From positions 26,416-90,415 of the IMG/VR virus record IMGVR_UViG_3300042564_002302: 64,000 nucleotides of DNA; one strand, 5' to 3'. The position numbers and the translations under genes were made by a program. The notes beneath the pieces were generated by a model. That model did not search any database and was not told the DNA's origin. It saw only the letters and a list, made by a program, of their open reading frames with translations. The DNA is from a virus. Positions 18,427-28,770 of the stretch are shown in pieces (position 1 is the first letter of the stretch; every line of letters starts with the position of its first letter).

Positions 18427-21400
18427 ATGGCAGAAATTCTAAATACAGAATTTAAAGCGACGGCAGATTTTGGTCAGTTAATTTCAGAGGCCAATCGTGC
18501 CGTTGCTGCTCTTTCTAAACTCAGAAACGAATCATCAAAAGGCAATATGAATATTGCTGCAGATTTTGCTGCAGCCAACAATCAATTTAGACAGGCAGTT
18601 ACATCAACTGGATTATTTACAGCATCCATGGTTGATGTTACCAGTAATACACAAAAGTTTGGAAAGTCTTTAGATCAAGGTAAGTTGAAACTAAAAGACT
18701 ACTTTACAACTTGGCGTGATTATAGCAGAGGAACTGCTGGAGATATTAGAAAGCTTGCACAAGAGCAAGTTAGAATGCAACAGTCTGTTGTCCAGAGTCT
18801 TGGAAGAGACATGTCTGGTGCTTCAAAGGCAATGGTTATTACCCCTACTGGTATTGATGCAGTAGCGAATGCTGGAAGAATTGCTTCTCAAGAATTATCT
18901 ATATATAACAAGGTTCTCAAAGATGGAGCTACGTCACTTATTAACTGGGGTAAGAATACACAGTGGGCTGGACGTCAGCTTACCGTAGGACTCACAGTAC
19001 CTCTTACAATATTTGGAAAAGCTGCTGCAGATGCATTTAAGCAAGCAGATATGGAACTAACAAGACTTACAAAGGTTTACGGCGGAGCAGCTGGATCATC
19101 AGCAGAAGAGTTAGCAATGGTAAGAGACAATGTGTCAGCACTTGCTAGAGAGCTAGCACAAAACTATGGTGCTGCTTATAAAGAAACTCTAGCTCTTTCA
19201 GCAGACATTGCAGCAACAGGTGCTGAAGGTGAAGCGCTTCTAGGTTCTATTGCAGAAACTACAAGACTTTCTACACTCGGTGAAATTGATCGTCAAGAAG
19301 CTATGAAGGCAACTCTTGCACTTCAAACTGCATTCAACATGAATACAAAAGAGCTCTCTGAATCAATTAACTTTCTTAACGCAGTTGAAAACCAAACATC
19401 AACAACACTTTCAGATTTAGTTGAAGCAATTCCAAAAGCTGGCCCAGTCATTAGAGGTCTTGGTGGAGACATTGAAGATCTAGCGCTTCTTATAACAGCG
19501 ATGAAGGAAGGTGGAATCGGAGCAGCAGAAGGTGCTAACGCACTAAAGTCAGGACTTGGTTCCCTTATTAATCCATCTAAAGCAGCATCACAGTATATGG
19601 CTGGATTTGGTATAAGCCTACAAGGTATTGTTGATAGCAATGCTGGTGACCTTATGGGAACAATTATGGATTTCAAGAAAGCGCTTGATACCTTAGATCC
19701 ACTAGCAAAGCAGAAAGCAATCGAATCAATTTTTGGTAAGTATCAGTTTGCAAGAATCGGTGCACTGTTCGATAACATTGGTGAGCAAGGTAGCCAGACA
19801 TTACAGGTAATGGATCTCATGAAATTATCTGCTACAGACCTAGGAACAATTGCTGATCGAGAATTAAAACTTCTAACAGAGTCTGCATCAGGTAGATACA
19901 GAAGAGCACTTGAAACATTTAAGGCATCCATATCACAAATTGGTGAGCCATTCTTAAAGGTAGCCGCAGGCCTTCTGGATGTTGGATCTAAATTAATTAA
20001 TATCTTTAATAGCCTTCCAAAGCCAATCAAGGCATTTGCTGCAGGGCTTGGAGTTATAACAGCAGTAATTGGACCAATGATTATGTTGGCTGGTGTATTT
20101 GCTAACTTCCTTGGATATGTTGTCAAGGGTATAGCAATGCTTACCAAGTTTGGTAATAAAGCAGAGTCATTTAAATTAGTAACAACTGCCACAGTTGCAG
20201 CAGATCAAGTGGCAGACGCCTACACATCTTCATTATATAATCAAGAACAGGCTGCAAGCATTCTTAGAGCCGAATTAGAGCGTTTGGCAATGGCATATAG
20301 GGATATAGCTACTGCAGCCTCTATGCCCCCTCCAGGGGCTCCTGGTGGCGGAATTAGAGGTCCTGGTGGACCAGATAATAACGGCGGTGGGGGAACTCCT
20401 CCAATTATGGTTCCAACATCAACTGCCCCAGAGTTCCAAGACCTTACTGGAACTGTTGAGTCAATTAAGAATGACCCAGCAAAAGCAAAGTCAATGGAAG
20501 TATTTAGTAAGAGAATTAAGGCCTTAGAAGCAGAAGGTCTAAGTACAGCCAGAGCACAGACTGTAGCAATGGCCGAAGTTCAAGACATGCTTATGGTTAG
20601 CACAGCAGGTGGAAATGCAACTGGATTTGCTACGGCAGTTCAGGGCGGATTTGCTGGATTTGAAAATGGAGTAGTTGGTGGATATGGTGGAGACAGAATT
20701 GATCTTACATCTGCAAATGCTATGGATGCTCCAAATATTGCACATACAGACCCTGCTGGAAAAAGAAAGGGTGTTCAAACTCTTGCTCCAACAGTTCAAT
20801 CAAAAGGTGCAAACGAAGCTTCAAAGAAGTTAAAGGCAGACCCATTTGAATACAATGGAAGAACTTATGATGCTGGACAATTAAGTATTTATACACCAGA
20901 AGAAATTGTAACAATGGGAGGCCAGGGAGTATATATGGGCTCTGGTGTATCTGGTGCATATAAAGCTGCCCCTCAATTTGATGTTGGAGAGACAGCAATA
21001 AGCAAGAAGAAAACTAAGATTGGTAAGCAGGTTGCACTGTTTAAAGAGAGATTTGTTGGTAGAGGATCAGAGCTATCTGCTACAACTCCAGTTCCAGTTG
21101 CAATGCCAGCACCACAAACACCAGCTAATAAACGTAGTGCAATTGATGTTTATAATGACCCAAATACAGATCAGGCAACAAAGAAGTCAATTGATCGAAA
21201 TAGAAAAAAGCAGGGCATGGCACCTCTAGGTGGAGTTGTAAATACACGTGGACTTGAAAAGGGAATGCGTTCTTCTTCAAAGTATGCGGCACTATTTAAT
21301 AATAAAATGATGGCATCTGTAGGAACAGTTGGTATGATTACAAGCATGCTTAACTCTATGACAGGAGTTCAGAACAGCTTAGTAAACAACGCCGCTAACT

Positions 21401-23997
21401 TTGCAATGACACTAGGATATGGTTTGCCAGCAATTAAGTCTATGGGTAAAGGTCTTAAAGAAGGCGTTGGCCTTATGGCTAAGCAGGGTGGGCTTATGGG
21501 TAAAGTCGGTAAGGGTGTTCAGGGTGTAGGTCGTGGACTTATGGCCATGGGTCTTACTGGACCATGGGGAATGGCAGCAATTGCTGGAGTAGTTGCAATC
21601 GGTTTTGCAATTAAGTACATGAATCAAAAGCATCAAGAATATCTTCGCAAGACTAAAGCAGACATTAATGTATCTGATGCAGCACTAAAGAAGTTTGGTG
21701 GAACAGCGCTAGATGCAACTAAGCCTTTTGAAAAGTTTGTTAAAGATGCACAGGCATTAGGCGAAAGATTAGGAAGCGCAAAGAGCGGAAAGAAAGACCT
21801 ACTAGGTCTACCAACTAGAGAAGAGCTAGATGCAATATCTAAAGATGTAGACAAACTATTTGAAGATCAAATAAAGAGATTCAAGGATATAAAGAGTGGG
21901 TCAGAGGCAAATGCTCTAGCAAAGAATCTTAAGGCCACACTTGTTGCACAGGGTGTAGACACTAAGGATGCAGATAAGATTATTATGTCAATTCTTGAAA
22001 AGGCTGGAAAGACACAATACTCAGTTCCAGTGTTTATGGAAATACAAGGAATTACAAATCAGGCAGACGCCTTAGATAGATTAAAGCGTGATGCATCTAA
22101 GTCATTTAAAGACATACAAGATTCACTTAAGTTAGACACTGGATATATTGATGAAGCTGCAACTGGAAGAGTTCTAGTTCAGATGGACAACCTTTCAGCA
22201 GCAGCAATTGCCTCAGTAAAGGACTTCAAGGATTTGGGTGGAGTAATGAATCTTCTTCCAGAAAATATGAAGAACCTAAGCTTTGAGCAGCTTAATGCTA
22301 CTGTTAACGGAAAAGCATTTCTTAAAGAAATGGAAAAGTCAAATAAAGCACTATATGATGCTTTCAAGCAAGCAGGAAGTCTTGGCAATGCAGTTCAGTT
22401 TGCAGCAGCAAACGCTTTGGGATTAACTACAGCTCTTTCTGGTGTAGCTGGACAGCTAGATATTGTTTCTCAGCAGGCACAAGGTCAACTGACAGATCAG
22501 TTTATGGCATCATCTGGTGTTGAGAAATATTATAATGCAGCAATAAAGAAAGAAAATGCTGCAATTGCTAAGATTAGAGAAAGAATTGCTGGGCTGGATA
22601 AATATACAGAGAATCAAATTAAGGCAATTGAAAAAAGAATTGATGCTGAGAATAAAGCATATGAAGCGCTACAAAAGCAAACAGATGAAAGAAAGAGACA
22701 GCTTAAGCTGCAACAAGAATCAGAAAATTTTGCATTAACACTTTCTGGTAAAGAGCAGGAGAAGCAGTTTGCGCTATTGACTGGAAACAGACAAGAAGCT
22801 GCAATGATAGGTATTGATATTGAAAAGATGCTTCAGGATAGATCCGTTGATCTAGCCGAGAATGCCTTGGACGAAAAGGCAAAGGCCGATGAAGAGGCAC
22901 ACAAGAAGAAGCTAGAATTGCTTGATGCAGAAAAAGACAAGATAAAAGAACTTGGCGATGCTGAAAAGGAAAGAATAGCAGCAACACTTAATAAGCAAAT
23001 TCAAGCCCATGAAAAGGTAATCGAAAACTTAAGAACCCAGATGGCAACTAAGCTACTAGAGGTAAAGAAGCTTATGATGGATGCCCTTTCTGGTGGAGAA
23101 ATTGGCAAAGAAGCATGGGATAAGCTTCAGAAGATATTTAAAGATATGGGTGGAGATATGACTGTCTTAAAGACAGGCGTAGGATCATTTATTAGTTCTA
23201 TGACAAAAGACTTTATGAAGTTCTTCTCAGACTCACTGCAGATGATGCTTGGCACAAAATATACGGTTGATCAAGAGACTGGAGATATTTATGCTACTAA
23301 AAAAGATAAGTCTGGTAAAGCTATTCGTGATAAGAATGGCGCCTTGGTTGCAGATAAGTCTGGAGGTGCCAGAGGAAATATTGGTGACCTTGGACTTCTG
23401 ATAGCTGGAGGAAATCCTACTGGAAGCAAGGCTTTCTACTCTGTTCCAAAGAATGCAAAGTTCTCATCTGATTTTGGCGGAACAAGAGCCTACATGACAT
23501 TTAGAGATGCACAAGGTATTACCAAAACTGATTCTATTATTGATTTCCCTGGCGGTGCAACAATAGATGAAGATGCCAAAGATATGTACGACAAGTATAT
23601 AGCAGATGGGTACACTTTTGTTGGCTATGGAAATAAAGGACAGTATGCCAATGGCGGACATGCAAAGAAATCTTACATGTCTATGGGAGCAAGAAAGTTT
23701 GCATATAATGGTGCTGCAATGCAAAGAGCATACTACAAGGATGCAAATGCCCAAGCCTACCTTGTAGGAGAAAAGGGTCCAGAGTTATTTATTCCTGATA
23801 TGAATGGAAATGTTGTATCAAACAGAAGACTTGTTCAGGCGGTAAGAGATATGAGTGTAACTGGTGGAACTGGATCTAACTATAATATTGTTGTTAATGT
23901 TACAAATCCTGGTGCAAGCGCAGACCAGATTGCTAATACAATTGCAGGCAGAATGAAGCTTGAGCAAATGAGAGTTGGGGAAAGTAGGTACGCATAA
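18427..23997 (+). CDS. Tape measure protein
   Basis: 1856 aa, Ala/Gly-rich and helical; NWGKNTQWAGRQLTVG, TP901-type core, C-terminal VGEKGPELFIP. Confidence 0.95.
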   Translation: MAEILNTEFKATADFGQLISEANRAVAALSKLRNESSKGNMNIAADFAAANNQFRQAVTSTGLFTASMVDVTSNTQKFGKSLDQGKLKLKDYFTTWRDYSRGTAGDIRKLAQEQVRMQQSVVQSLGRDMSGASKAMVITPTGIDAVANAGRIASQELSIYNKVLKDGATSLINWGKNTQWAGRQLTVGLTVPLTIFGKAAADAFKQADMELTRLTKVYGGAAGSSAEELAMVRDNVSALARELAQNYGAAYKETLALSADIAATGAEGEALLGSIAETTRLSTLGEIDRQEAMKATLALQTAFNMNTKELSESINFLNAVENQTSTTLSDLVEAIPKAGPVIRGLGGDIEDLALLITAMKEGGIGAAEGANALKSGLGSLINPSKAASQYMAGFGISLQGIVDSNAGDLMGTIMDFKKALDTLDPLAKQKAIESIFGKYQFARIGALFDNIGEQGSQTLQVMDLMKLSATDLGTIADRELKLLTESASGRYRRALETFKASISQIGEPFLKVAAGLLDVGSKLINIFNSLPKPIKAFAAGLGVITAVIGPMIMLAGVFANFLGYVVKGIAMLTKFGNKAESFKLVTTATVAADQVADAYTSSLYNQEQAASILRAELERLAMAYRDIATAASMPPPGAPGGGIRGPGGPDNNGGGGTPPIMVPTSTAPEFQDLTGTVESIKNDPAKAKSMEVFSKRIKALEAEGLSTARAQTVAMAEVQDMLMVSTAGGNATGFATAVQGGFAGFENGVVGGYGGDRIDLTSANAMDAPNIAHTDPAGKRKGVQTLAPTVQSKGANEASKKLKADPFEYNGRTYDAGQLSIYTPEEIVTMGGQGVYMGSGVSGAYKAAPQFDVGETAISKKKTKIGKQVALFKERFVGRGSELSATTPVPVAMPAPQTPANKRSAIDVYNDPNTDQATKKSIDRNRKKQGMAPLGGVVNTRGLEKGMRSSSKYAALFNNKMMASVGTVGMITSMLNSMTGVQNSLVNNAANFAMTLGYGLPAIKSMGKGLKEGVGLMAKQGGLMGKVGKGVQGVGRGLMAMGLTGPWGMAAIAGVVAIGFAIKYMNQKHQEYLRKTKADINVSDAALKKFGGTALDATKPFEKFVKDAQALGERLGSAKSGKKDLLGLPTREELDAISKDVDKLFEDQIKRFKDIKSGSEANALAKNLKATLVAQGVDTKDADKIIMSILEKAGKTQYSVPVFMEIQGITNQADALDRLKRDASKSFKDIQDSLKLDTGYIDEAATGRVLVQMDNLSAAAIASVKDFKDLGGVMNLLPENMKNLSFEQLNATVNGKAFLKEMEKSNKALYDAFKQAGSLGNAVQFAAANALGLTTALSGVAGQLDIVSQQAQGQLTDQFMASSGVEKYYNAAIKKENAAIAKIRERIAGLDKYTENQIKAIEKRIDAENKAYEALQKQTDERKRQLKLQQESENFALTLSGKEQEKQFALLTGNRQEAAMIGIDIEKMLQDRSVDLAENALDEKAKADEEAHKKKLELLDAEKDKIKELGDAEKERIAATLNKQIQAHEKVIENLRTQMATKLLEVKKLMMDALSGGEIGKEAWDKLQKIFKDMGGDMTVLKTGVGSFISSMTKDFMKFFSDSLQMMLGTKYTVDQETGDIYATKKDKSGKAIRDKNGALVADKSGGARGNIGDLGLLIAGGNPTGSKAFYSVPKNAKFSSDFGGTRAYMTFRDAQGITKTDSIIDFPGGATIDEDAKDMYDKYIADGYTFVGYGNKGQYANGGHAKKSYMSMGARKFAYNGAAMQRAYYKDANAQAYLVGEKGPELFIPDMNGNVVSNRRLVQAVRDMSVTGGTGSNYNIVVNVTNPGASADQIANTIAGRMKLEQMRVGESRYA

Positions 23998-24449
23998 TGG
24001 GAACAAATAATAACTTTAACTTAACTTTACCAAAGGGTTCCATCCTTGAAATCGAGGATGGCGGAGTATGGAAAAAAGTTACTGAGCATAACCGTCGTGA
24101 GCTCAGTATAGGAAACACCCGCATAGAAGAAACAAAAAGAATGGCTAACGGGACACTAAGAAAGCATTACGTTGCAGATAAATTGACTTTCTCTCTTAGC
24201 TGGGACATGGTTCCAGGAAACTCTATCAATGCGGTAGAAGGTAGAAGTAGCGGTGTATGGGCTGTAGATAATCTAAAGACGTTTTATTCGTCTGCTGCTG
24301 GAAGATCATCATTTAGAATACAAATTAAAAAAGCAGATTTATCCTATGAAGGTCCATACACCGTTATTTTTAAAGAATTCTCTCCAACAATAGTTAAAAG
24401 AGGAATTGACACATACTATAACTTGTCTATAGAACTTGAAGAGGTATAA
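23997..24449 (+). CDS. Distal tail/minor tail protein
   Basis: Follows the tape measure gene; RMANGTLRK..VADK..FSLSW. Confidence 0.7.
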   Translation: MGTNNNFNLTLPKGSILEIEDGGVWKKVTEHNRRELSIGNTRIEETKRMANGTLRKHYVADKLTFSLSWDMVPGNSINAVEGRSSGVWAVDNLKTFYSSAAGRSSFRIQIKKADLSYEGPYTVIFKEFSPTIVKRGIDTYYNLSIELEEV

Positions 24450-27400
24450 TGCTAAGTACAACCCCAGCTCTATTAGATATCTTTAAGAAGAACACATCTA
24501 TCAAGATTGTTCCCAAAGTCGTGCTTGAAAACAATATGAATTATATGGCTAAAAATATTGTTGTTACAAGTACTAATAAAACTGGTAACGCAACAGACGC
24601 AAACCTTGCAACACTATTTCCAGCCTCATCTGTCATTGAACTATTTAGACCATCAAAGCCTGGAATAAAGTATTCTCTTCAAGAAGCTTCTAAAGACAAG
24701 CTTAGCTCATACACATCAAAGACTACCCCAGCAGCAAGAGTTTATCTTGTAGGAAAGAACTCAAAGTATAAGTATTATGTAGCCAATCAAGCTGGATCAA
24801 TCAACATTAACTATGGCCAGAATATTCAGGCAAATAAATTTGTAATGAAGTTTGAAGTAAACCACACAAGACCAACAGTAAATATCCAAGCTGGAACAAC
24901 AGTTGTATTTAATGGTCAGGTTCCAGAAAGTGGAATTATAGAAAAGTGGTATAACGGAAGTGCTTGGCAAGATACTGATACATCTGCATCTAACACTAAA
25001 CAAACATTTATAACACTTTCTTTGACAGCTACTAGCCCTGGGTTTATTGGAATTATTGAAATTTCACCACTACACGTAGTGGACATGACCAATGTTGTTT
25101 CTGAGTTGTCAATAAAGAAAGATGATTCATCTTCATCAGATTTGCTTCCAGTTGGAATGATCACCTCTAACTCTATGTCTATGAGTTTGTTTGAAGATAA
25201 AACTTATGACGTAGTCCCATTTATAAAGGGCAATGCTATTGATACAACAAAGATTCAAATTGGAGTAAACTCTAAGTTTAAAGTTTCAGCAGTCGTGGAC
25301 GACACAAATACAGTACAGCAGGGAATATTCTACGCAGTATCAGTTAACGAAGGCGAGTTTGGCTCATTTTCTGTAGACGCCCTTGATGTTGCTAAGCACT
25401 TACAAGAAATGAAATGTCCAGAAATTTTAATTGATAATGCACCATTTCAGTCAGTTATATGGAGACTGCTTGACGCAGCTGGCTTTGTAGACTACGATTT
25501 TACAAACTGTCAAAATCAAATTCTTACAGTTAAGTACTGGTGGGGAGATGACAGCAAAACTGTATGGCAAGCTATTCAAGAACTATGTAGAGAAACACAA
25601 ACAGTCGCCTATGTTGACGAATATGGAAAATTAGTATTCTATGACAAGACTTTATTTTATAGTAATGCTAAGTCCGCATCATGGACCTTTAGATATGCTG
25701 CAGATGGGGACAACAAACCAGATATTATTGGTCTTTCTAAAAAAGAAACACCAACATCAAACAACATTACGGTTAACTACTCAGTCCCAATGGTTAGCAG
25801 CCTTGAAAAAACATCTAATCCAGCATGGGATGAACAATCTCCATCTACTCTATACGCTGCTCCGTTCCAAGGTATTGTCTCAGAAGGTGGATCAGACTAT
25901 ATAAAGTACTCATTGCAGAATGTATTTTCTACAAGTATTCCAACAAGAATGAATTCTTATGTAATTATTGATCAGGAAGTTATTGAATATGAAGGCATCG
26001 AATTTTCATACCCATCAATTAAAGAGGAAGATGCAGCAGGAGTAGTTCAGACTGTTGCGGCTGGAAAGAAAGTTATTACAAACGACAATGACTTTTTAGA
26101 AATGAGATCTAGGTACGGCAACACGCTTGTTGAAACTGGCAGATTAAAGATTAAGACCAGAGGCGTATTTGGAACAACATCAGCTACACATAACTCAGAC
26201 CCATCAGCATTTATATCTCCATGGTCAGCAAAACACTATAATCCTACCTCAAGTCCAGTTTATTCTAATGGCGTTACCTGGACTGTTGCTGAAACAGATG
26301 CAAAGTCCTTATTGTCAGGAAAGGGATCTGCTGGAGAAAATCTATCAGCACTGGTTATAAATAAAAATCCAGCTGGCAAGAAGAATACATATACTGTTGC
26401 CTATAAAGCTATGGCTGGCACATATTCAACCTATACACAATATGGGACAAAGTTTGGATTCAAACTAGAAGAAAACGTATCTGGGCAAGAAGCAGGTATG
26501 ATAATTAACTGGGATCCATCAACAAAAAGTGGATACCGTGTAAAGATAGTAAGTACTAAAACTGCAGCATCTGCAGGTACTAATGAACTTACTATACAAA
26601 AAATTGTAGGCGGTGTGCCTACTCAATTTAGCAAACCACTAGCAGTCAATGTATTTGAAAACAGATACTACCCTCTAGAAGTTGTGCTTGAAAAGCAGTC
26701 TGGTAAAAATATAATAACTGCATATGTTGGAGCTGGCAACAAATCAACGTGGGAAGATTCGGTATCACCATTACCAGATTCTGGAAACATAGCAGTGTAT
26801 TCTGGATCACAGAGCACAGCGTACTTTGACTATATTTACGCAACCTCCCTTGTATCTGCAAATCCAGACTTCAGTGTTAACAGAAATATATCGGCAATCA
26901 ACCTGCTGTATAGTTTTGGTGGATACAACATGACCAACTTTAAGCAAGAAGCAGCAAGTAAAGATATTTATGAGTTTGGATCTGTTGCACGAGAGATGTA
27001 TAAATATGATATTGCGTATTATATTAAACCTTCAATCCCACAGGTGGTTGCATCAACCAATCCCTACGTAGAGGCAATCGGCCTGAGACTTGGCGCATTT
27101 GGCGGAGAGTTCTTTTTGGTAAACACATCTAGCTCTACAGTTGAACTGGCTGGGGATAATGGTATAAAAACAATTGTTGTAGCAAAGAATATTAATAAGA
27201 GCGGACCAATGACAATTGAGAAAAAGCCAACTAGTGGGGACATAAGTCAGTCTATGAAGTTTGAAACATCATGGATACAGACCAAGGCATCGGCAGAGAG
27301 TCTTGCCACATGGCTACAAACACAATGGTCGAAGGCTACAGTAGATGTTGAGATGGAGTGCTTTGGTAATCCACTCTTTCAGATCGGAGATATAGTTTCA

Positions 27401-27517
27401 ATTAATTATCCAGACAGAGGTTTTGATGGGTCTGGAAAATACGTTATTAGATCAATTAATCATTCATTCTCTACTGGGCTAAATACGTCTCTAGTTCTAA
27501 GGTCAATTTTGGTATAA
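24449..27517 (+). CDS. Minor tail/baseplate hub protein
   Basis: VWQAIQELC...YVDEYGKLVF; C-terminal GNPLFQIGDIVSI. Confidence 0.75.
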   Translation: MLSTTPALLDIFKKNTSIKIVPKVVLENNMNYMAKNIVVTSTNKTGNATDANLATLFPASSVIELFRPSKPGIKYSLQEASKDKLSSYTSKTTPAARVYLVGKNSKYKYYVANQAGSININYGQNIQANKFVMKFEVNHTRPTVNIQAGTTVVFNGQVPESGIIEKWYNGSAWQDTDTSASNTKQTFITLSLTATSPGFIGIIEISPLHVVDMTNVVSELSIKKDDSSSSDLLPVGMITSNSMSMSLFEDKTYDVVPFIKGNAIDTTKIQIGVNSKFKVSAVVDDTNTVQQGIFYAVSVNEGEFGSFSVDALDVAKHLQEMKCPEILIDNAPFQSVIWRLLDAAGFVDYDFTNCQNQILTVKYWWGDDSKTVWQAIQELCRETQTVAYVDEYGKLVFYDKTLFYSNAKSASWTFRYAADGDNKPDIIGLSKKETPTSNNITVNYSVPMVSSLEKTSNPAWDEQSPSTLYAAPFQGIVSEGGSDYIKYSLQNVFSTSIPTRMNSYVIIDQEVIEYEGIEFSYPSIKEEDAAGVVQTVAAGKKVITNDNDFLEMRSRYGNTLVETGRLKIKTRGVFGTTSATHNSDPSAFISPWSAKHYNPTSSPVYSNGVTWTVAETDAKSLLSGKGSAGENLSALVINKNPAGKKNTYTVAYKAMAGTYSTYTQYGTKFGFKLEENVSGQEAGMIINWDPSTKSGYRVKIVSTKTAASAGTNELTIQKIVGGVPTQFSKPLAVNVFENRYYPLEVVLEKQSGKNIITAYVGAGNKSTWEDSVSPLPDSGNIAVYSGSQSTAYFDYIYATSLVSANPDFSVNRNISAINLLYSFGGYNMTNFKQEAASKDIYEFGSVAREMYKYDIAYYIKPSIPQVVASTNPYVEAIGLRLGAFGGEFFLVNTSSSTVELAGDNGIKTIVVAKNINKSGPMTIEKKPTSGDISQSMKFETSWIQTKASAESLATWLQTQWSKATVDVEMECFGNPLFQIGDIVSINYPDRGFDGSGKYVIRSINHSFSTGLNTSLVLRSILV

Positions 27518-27526
27518 TGGTATATA

Positions 27527-27943
27527 ATGGTTAAAAACATAATAACATCGTATGATGTATCAGAAAAAGAACCAATGTTGGCTGACGCCAACAATGTTGC
27601 CGCACAACTTTTAGCTGCTAAGAATATTCGAGTTGGAGCTACTTCTGAAACACTAGGCTACGCAGTAAGACAGCCTGATGCAGATGATACTACGCCAGAT
27701 GAAGAGTCAGATGACGAGGCCTCTGGAGTTCCAGCCCCAAACATTTCCGATATCTTGGTTAAGAATTCGGCTGGATCTTATGTTCAGGTTCAGACTGGAG
27801 CACAGTATGGCAAGCTATACGTGGACGGAAAGACCAAGAAGGTCGAACTAGATTTTAAAGTTATGATTCCAGACGAGCTATTTCAGCTTGGAAAGGTATC
27901 AGTAGAAATACTATCAAAGAATGAGGTGCTGGCTACATTATGA
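27527..27943 (+). CDS. Hypothetical tail-region protein
   Basis: ORF preceded by TGGTATAAT. Confidence 0.55.
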   Translation: MVKNIITSYDVSEKEPMLADANNVAAQLLAAKNIRVGATSETLGYAVRQPDADDTTPDEESDDEASGVPAPNISDILVKNSAGSYVQVQTGAQYGKLYVDGKTKKVELDFKVMIPDELFQLGKVSVEILSKNEVLATL

Positions 27944-28770
27944 TTACATCAATAGGTAAGAGATATATCCTTGACTATTTTGCCAATAAAACAGCATCAC
28001 GAACAAAATATATTGCAGTTGGTATAGGTAGCGATACAGCAAGTGTTAATGATATAAAGCTACATTTTGAGACTGGCAGATACCCAGTTATATCTACATC
28101 ATTAGATTATGTTAATAGCCAAATCATCTATAAGGCTCAGTTGCCAGTAGATCTATATGCAAAGATATCAGAGCTTGGCCTGTATCAAGATAGTGGTGCA
28201 AGTCCAACAATATACGATAGCAATGTTGTTTCATTTTTTGACAATGACGCAGAGTGGACAAATGGGACAATTGCCCCATCAGTTCAATCCAAGGTTGGAG
28301 AAAGCATGTTCTTTGTTCAAACTGGAAATGGATCATCGGTAACCACAGAGAAGACAAGAGACTTTGATTTTAGTGGATACTCTGGAAATGATAAAATTTC
28401 TGTAGCATTCTATCAAGATGCCAACCTATCTAATTTTAGATTGAGATTGCATACAACCAATACAGATTACTATTACTATGACTTTACAGCAGAAGCTTCT
28501 GCTGGATATTATTTAAAAACTATAAGCATGTCAGATATTATTAATAATACTAATAAGCAGGGTAGCCCAACAACAGACTTTGAAAAGATATCTATAGTTG
28601 TTACCCCAGAGTCTGGCACAGTATCAGTGCTTCAATTAGATGCTCTGAGAATAGACGATATGGACATCTATACATACGATAAGGGAATTATTAGCAGATC
28701 AGTGATTACTCCAGTTACTAAAGAATTTGGTAGAGTTATGGATGTTGAATATCGTATGGAGATGTCATAA
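27940..28770 (+). CDS. Minor tail protein
   Basis: MITSIGKRYI..YIAVGIG...KLHFE..R, ISELGLY: baseplate/fibre-anchor-type N-terminus. Confidence 0.65.
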   Translation: MITSIGKRYILDYFANKTASRTKYIAVGIGSDTASVNDIKLHFETGRYPVISTSLDYVNSQIIYKAQLPVDLYAKISELGLYQDSGASPTIYDSNVVSFFDNDAEWTNGTIAPSVQSKVGESMFFVQTGNGSSVTTEKTRDFDFSGYSGNDKISVAFYQDANLSNFRLRLHTTNTDYYYYDFTAEASAGYYLKTISMSDIINNTNKQGSPTTDFEKISIVVTPESGTVSVLQLDALRIDDMDIYTYDKGIISRSVITPVTKEFGRVMDVEYRMEMS

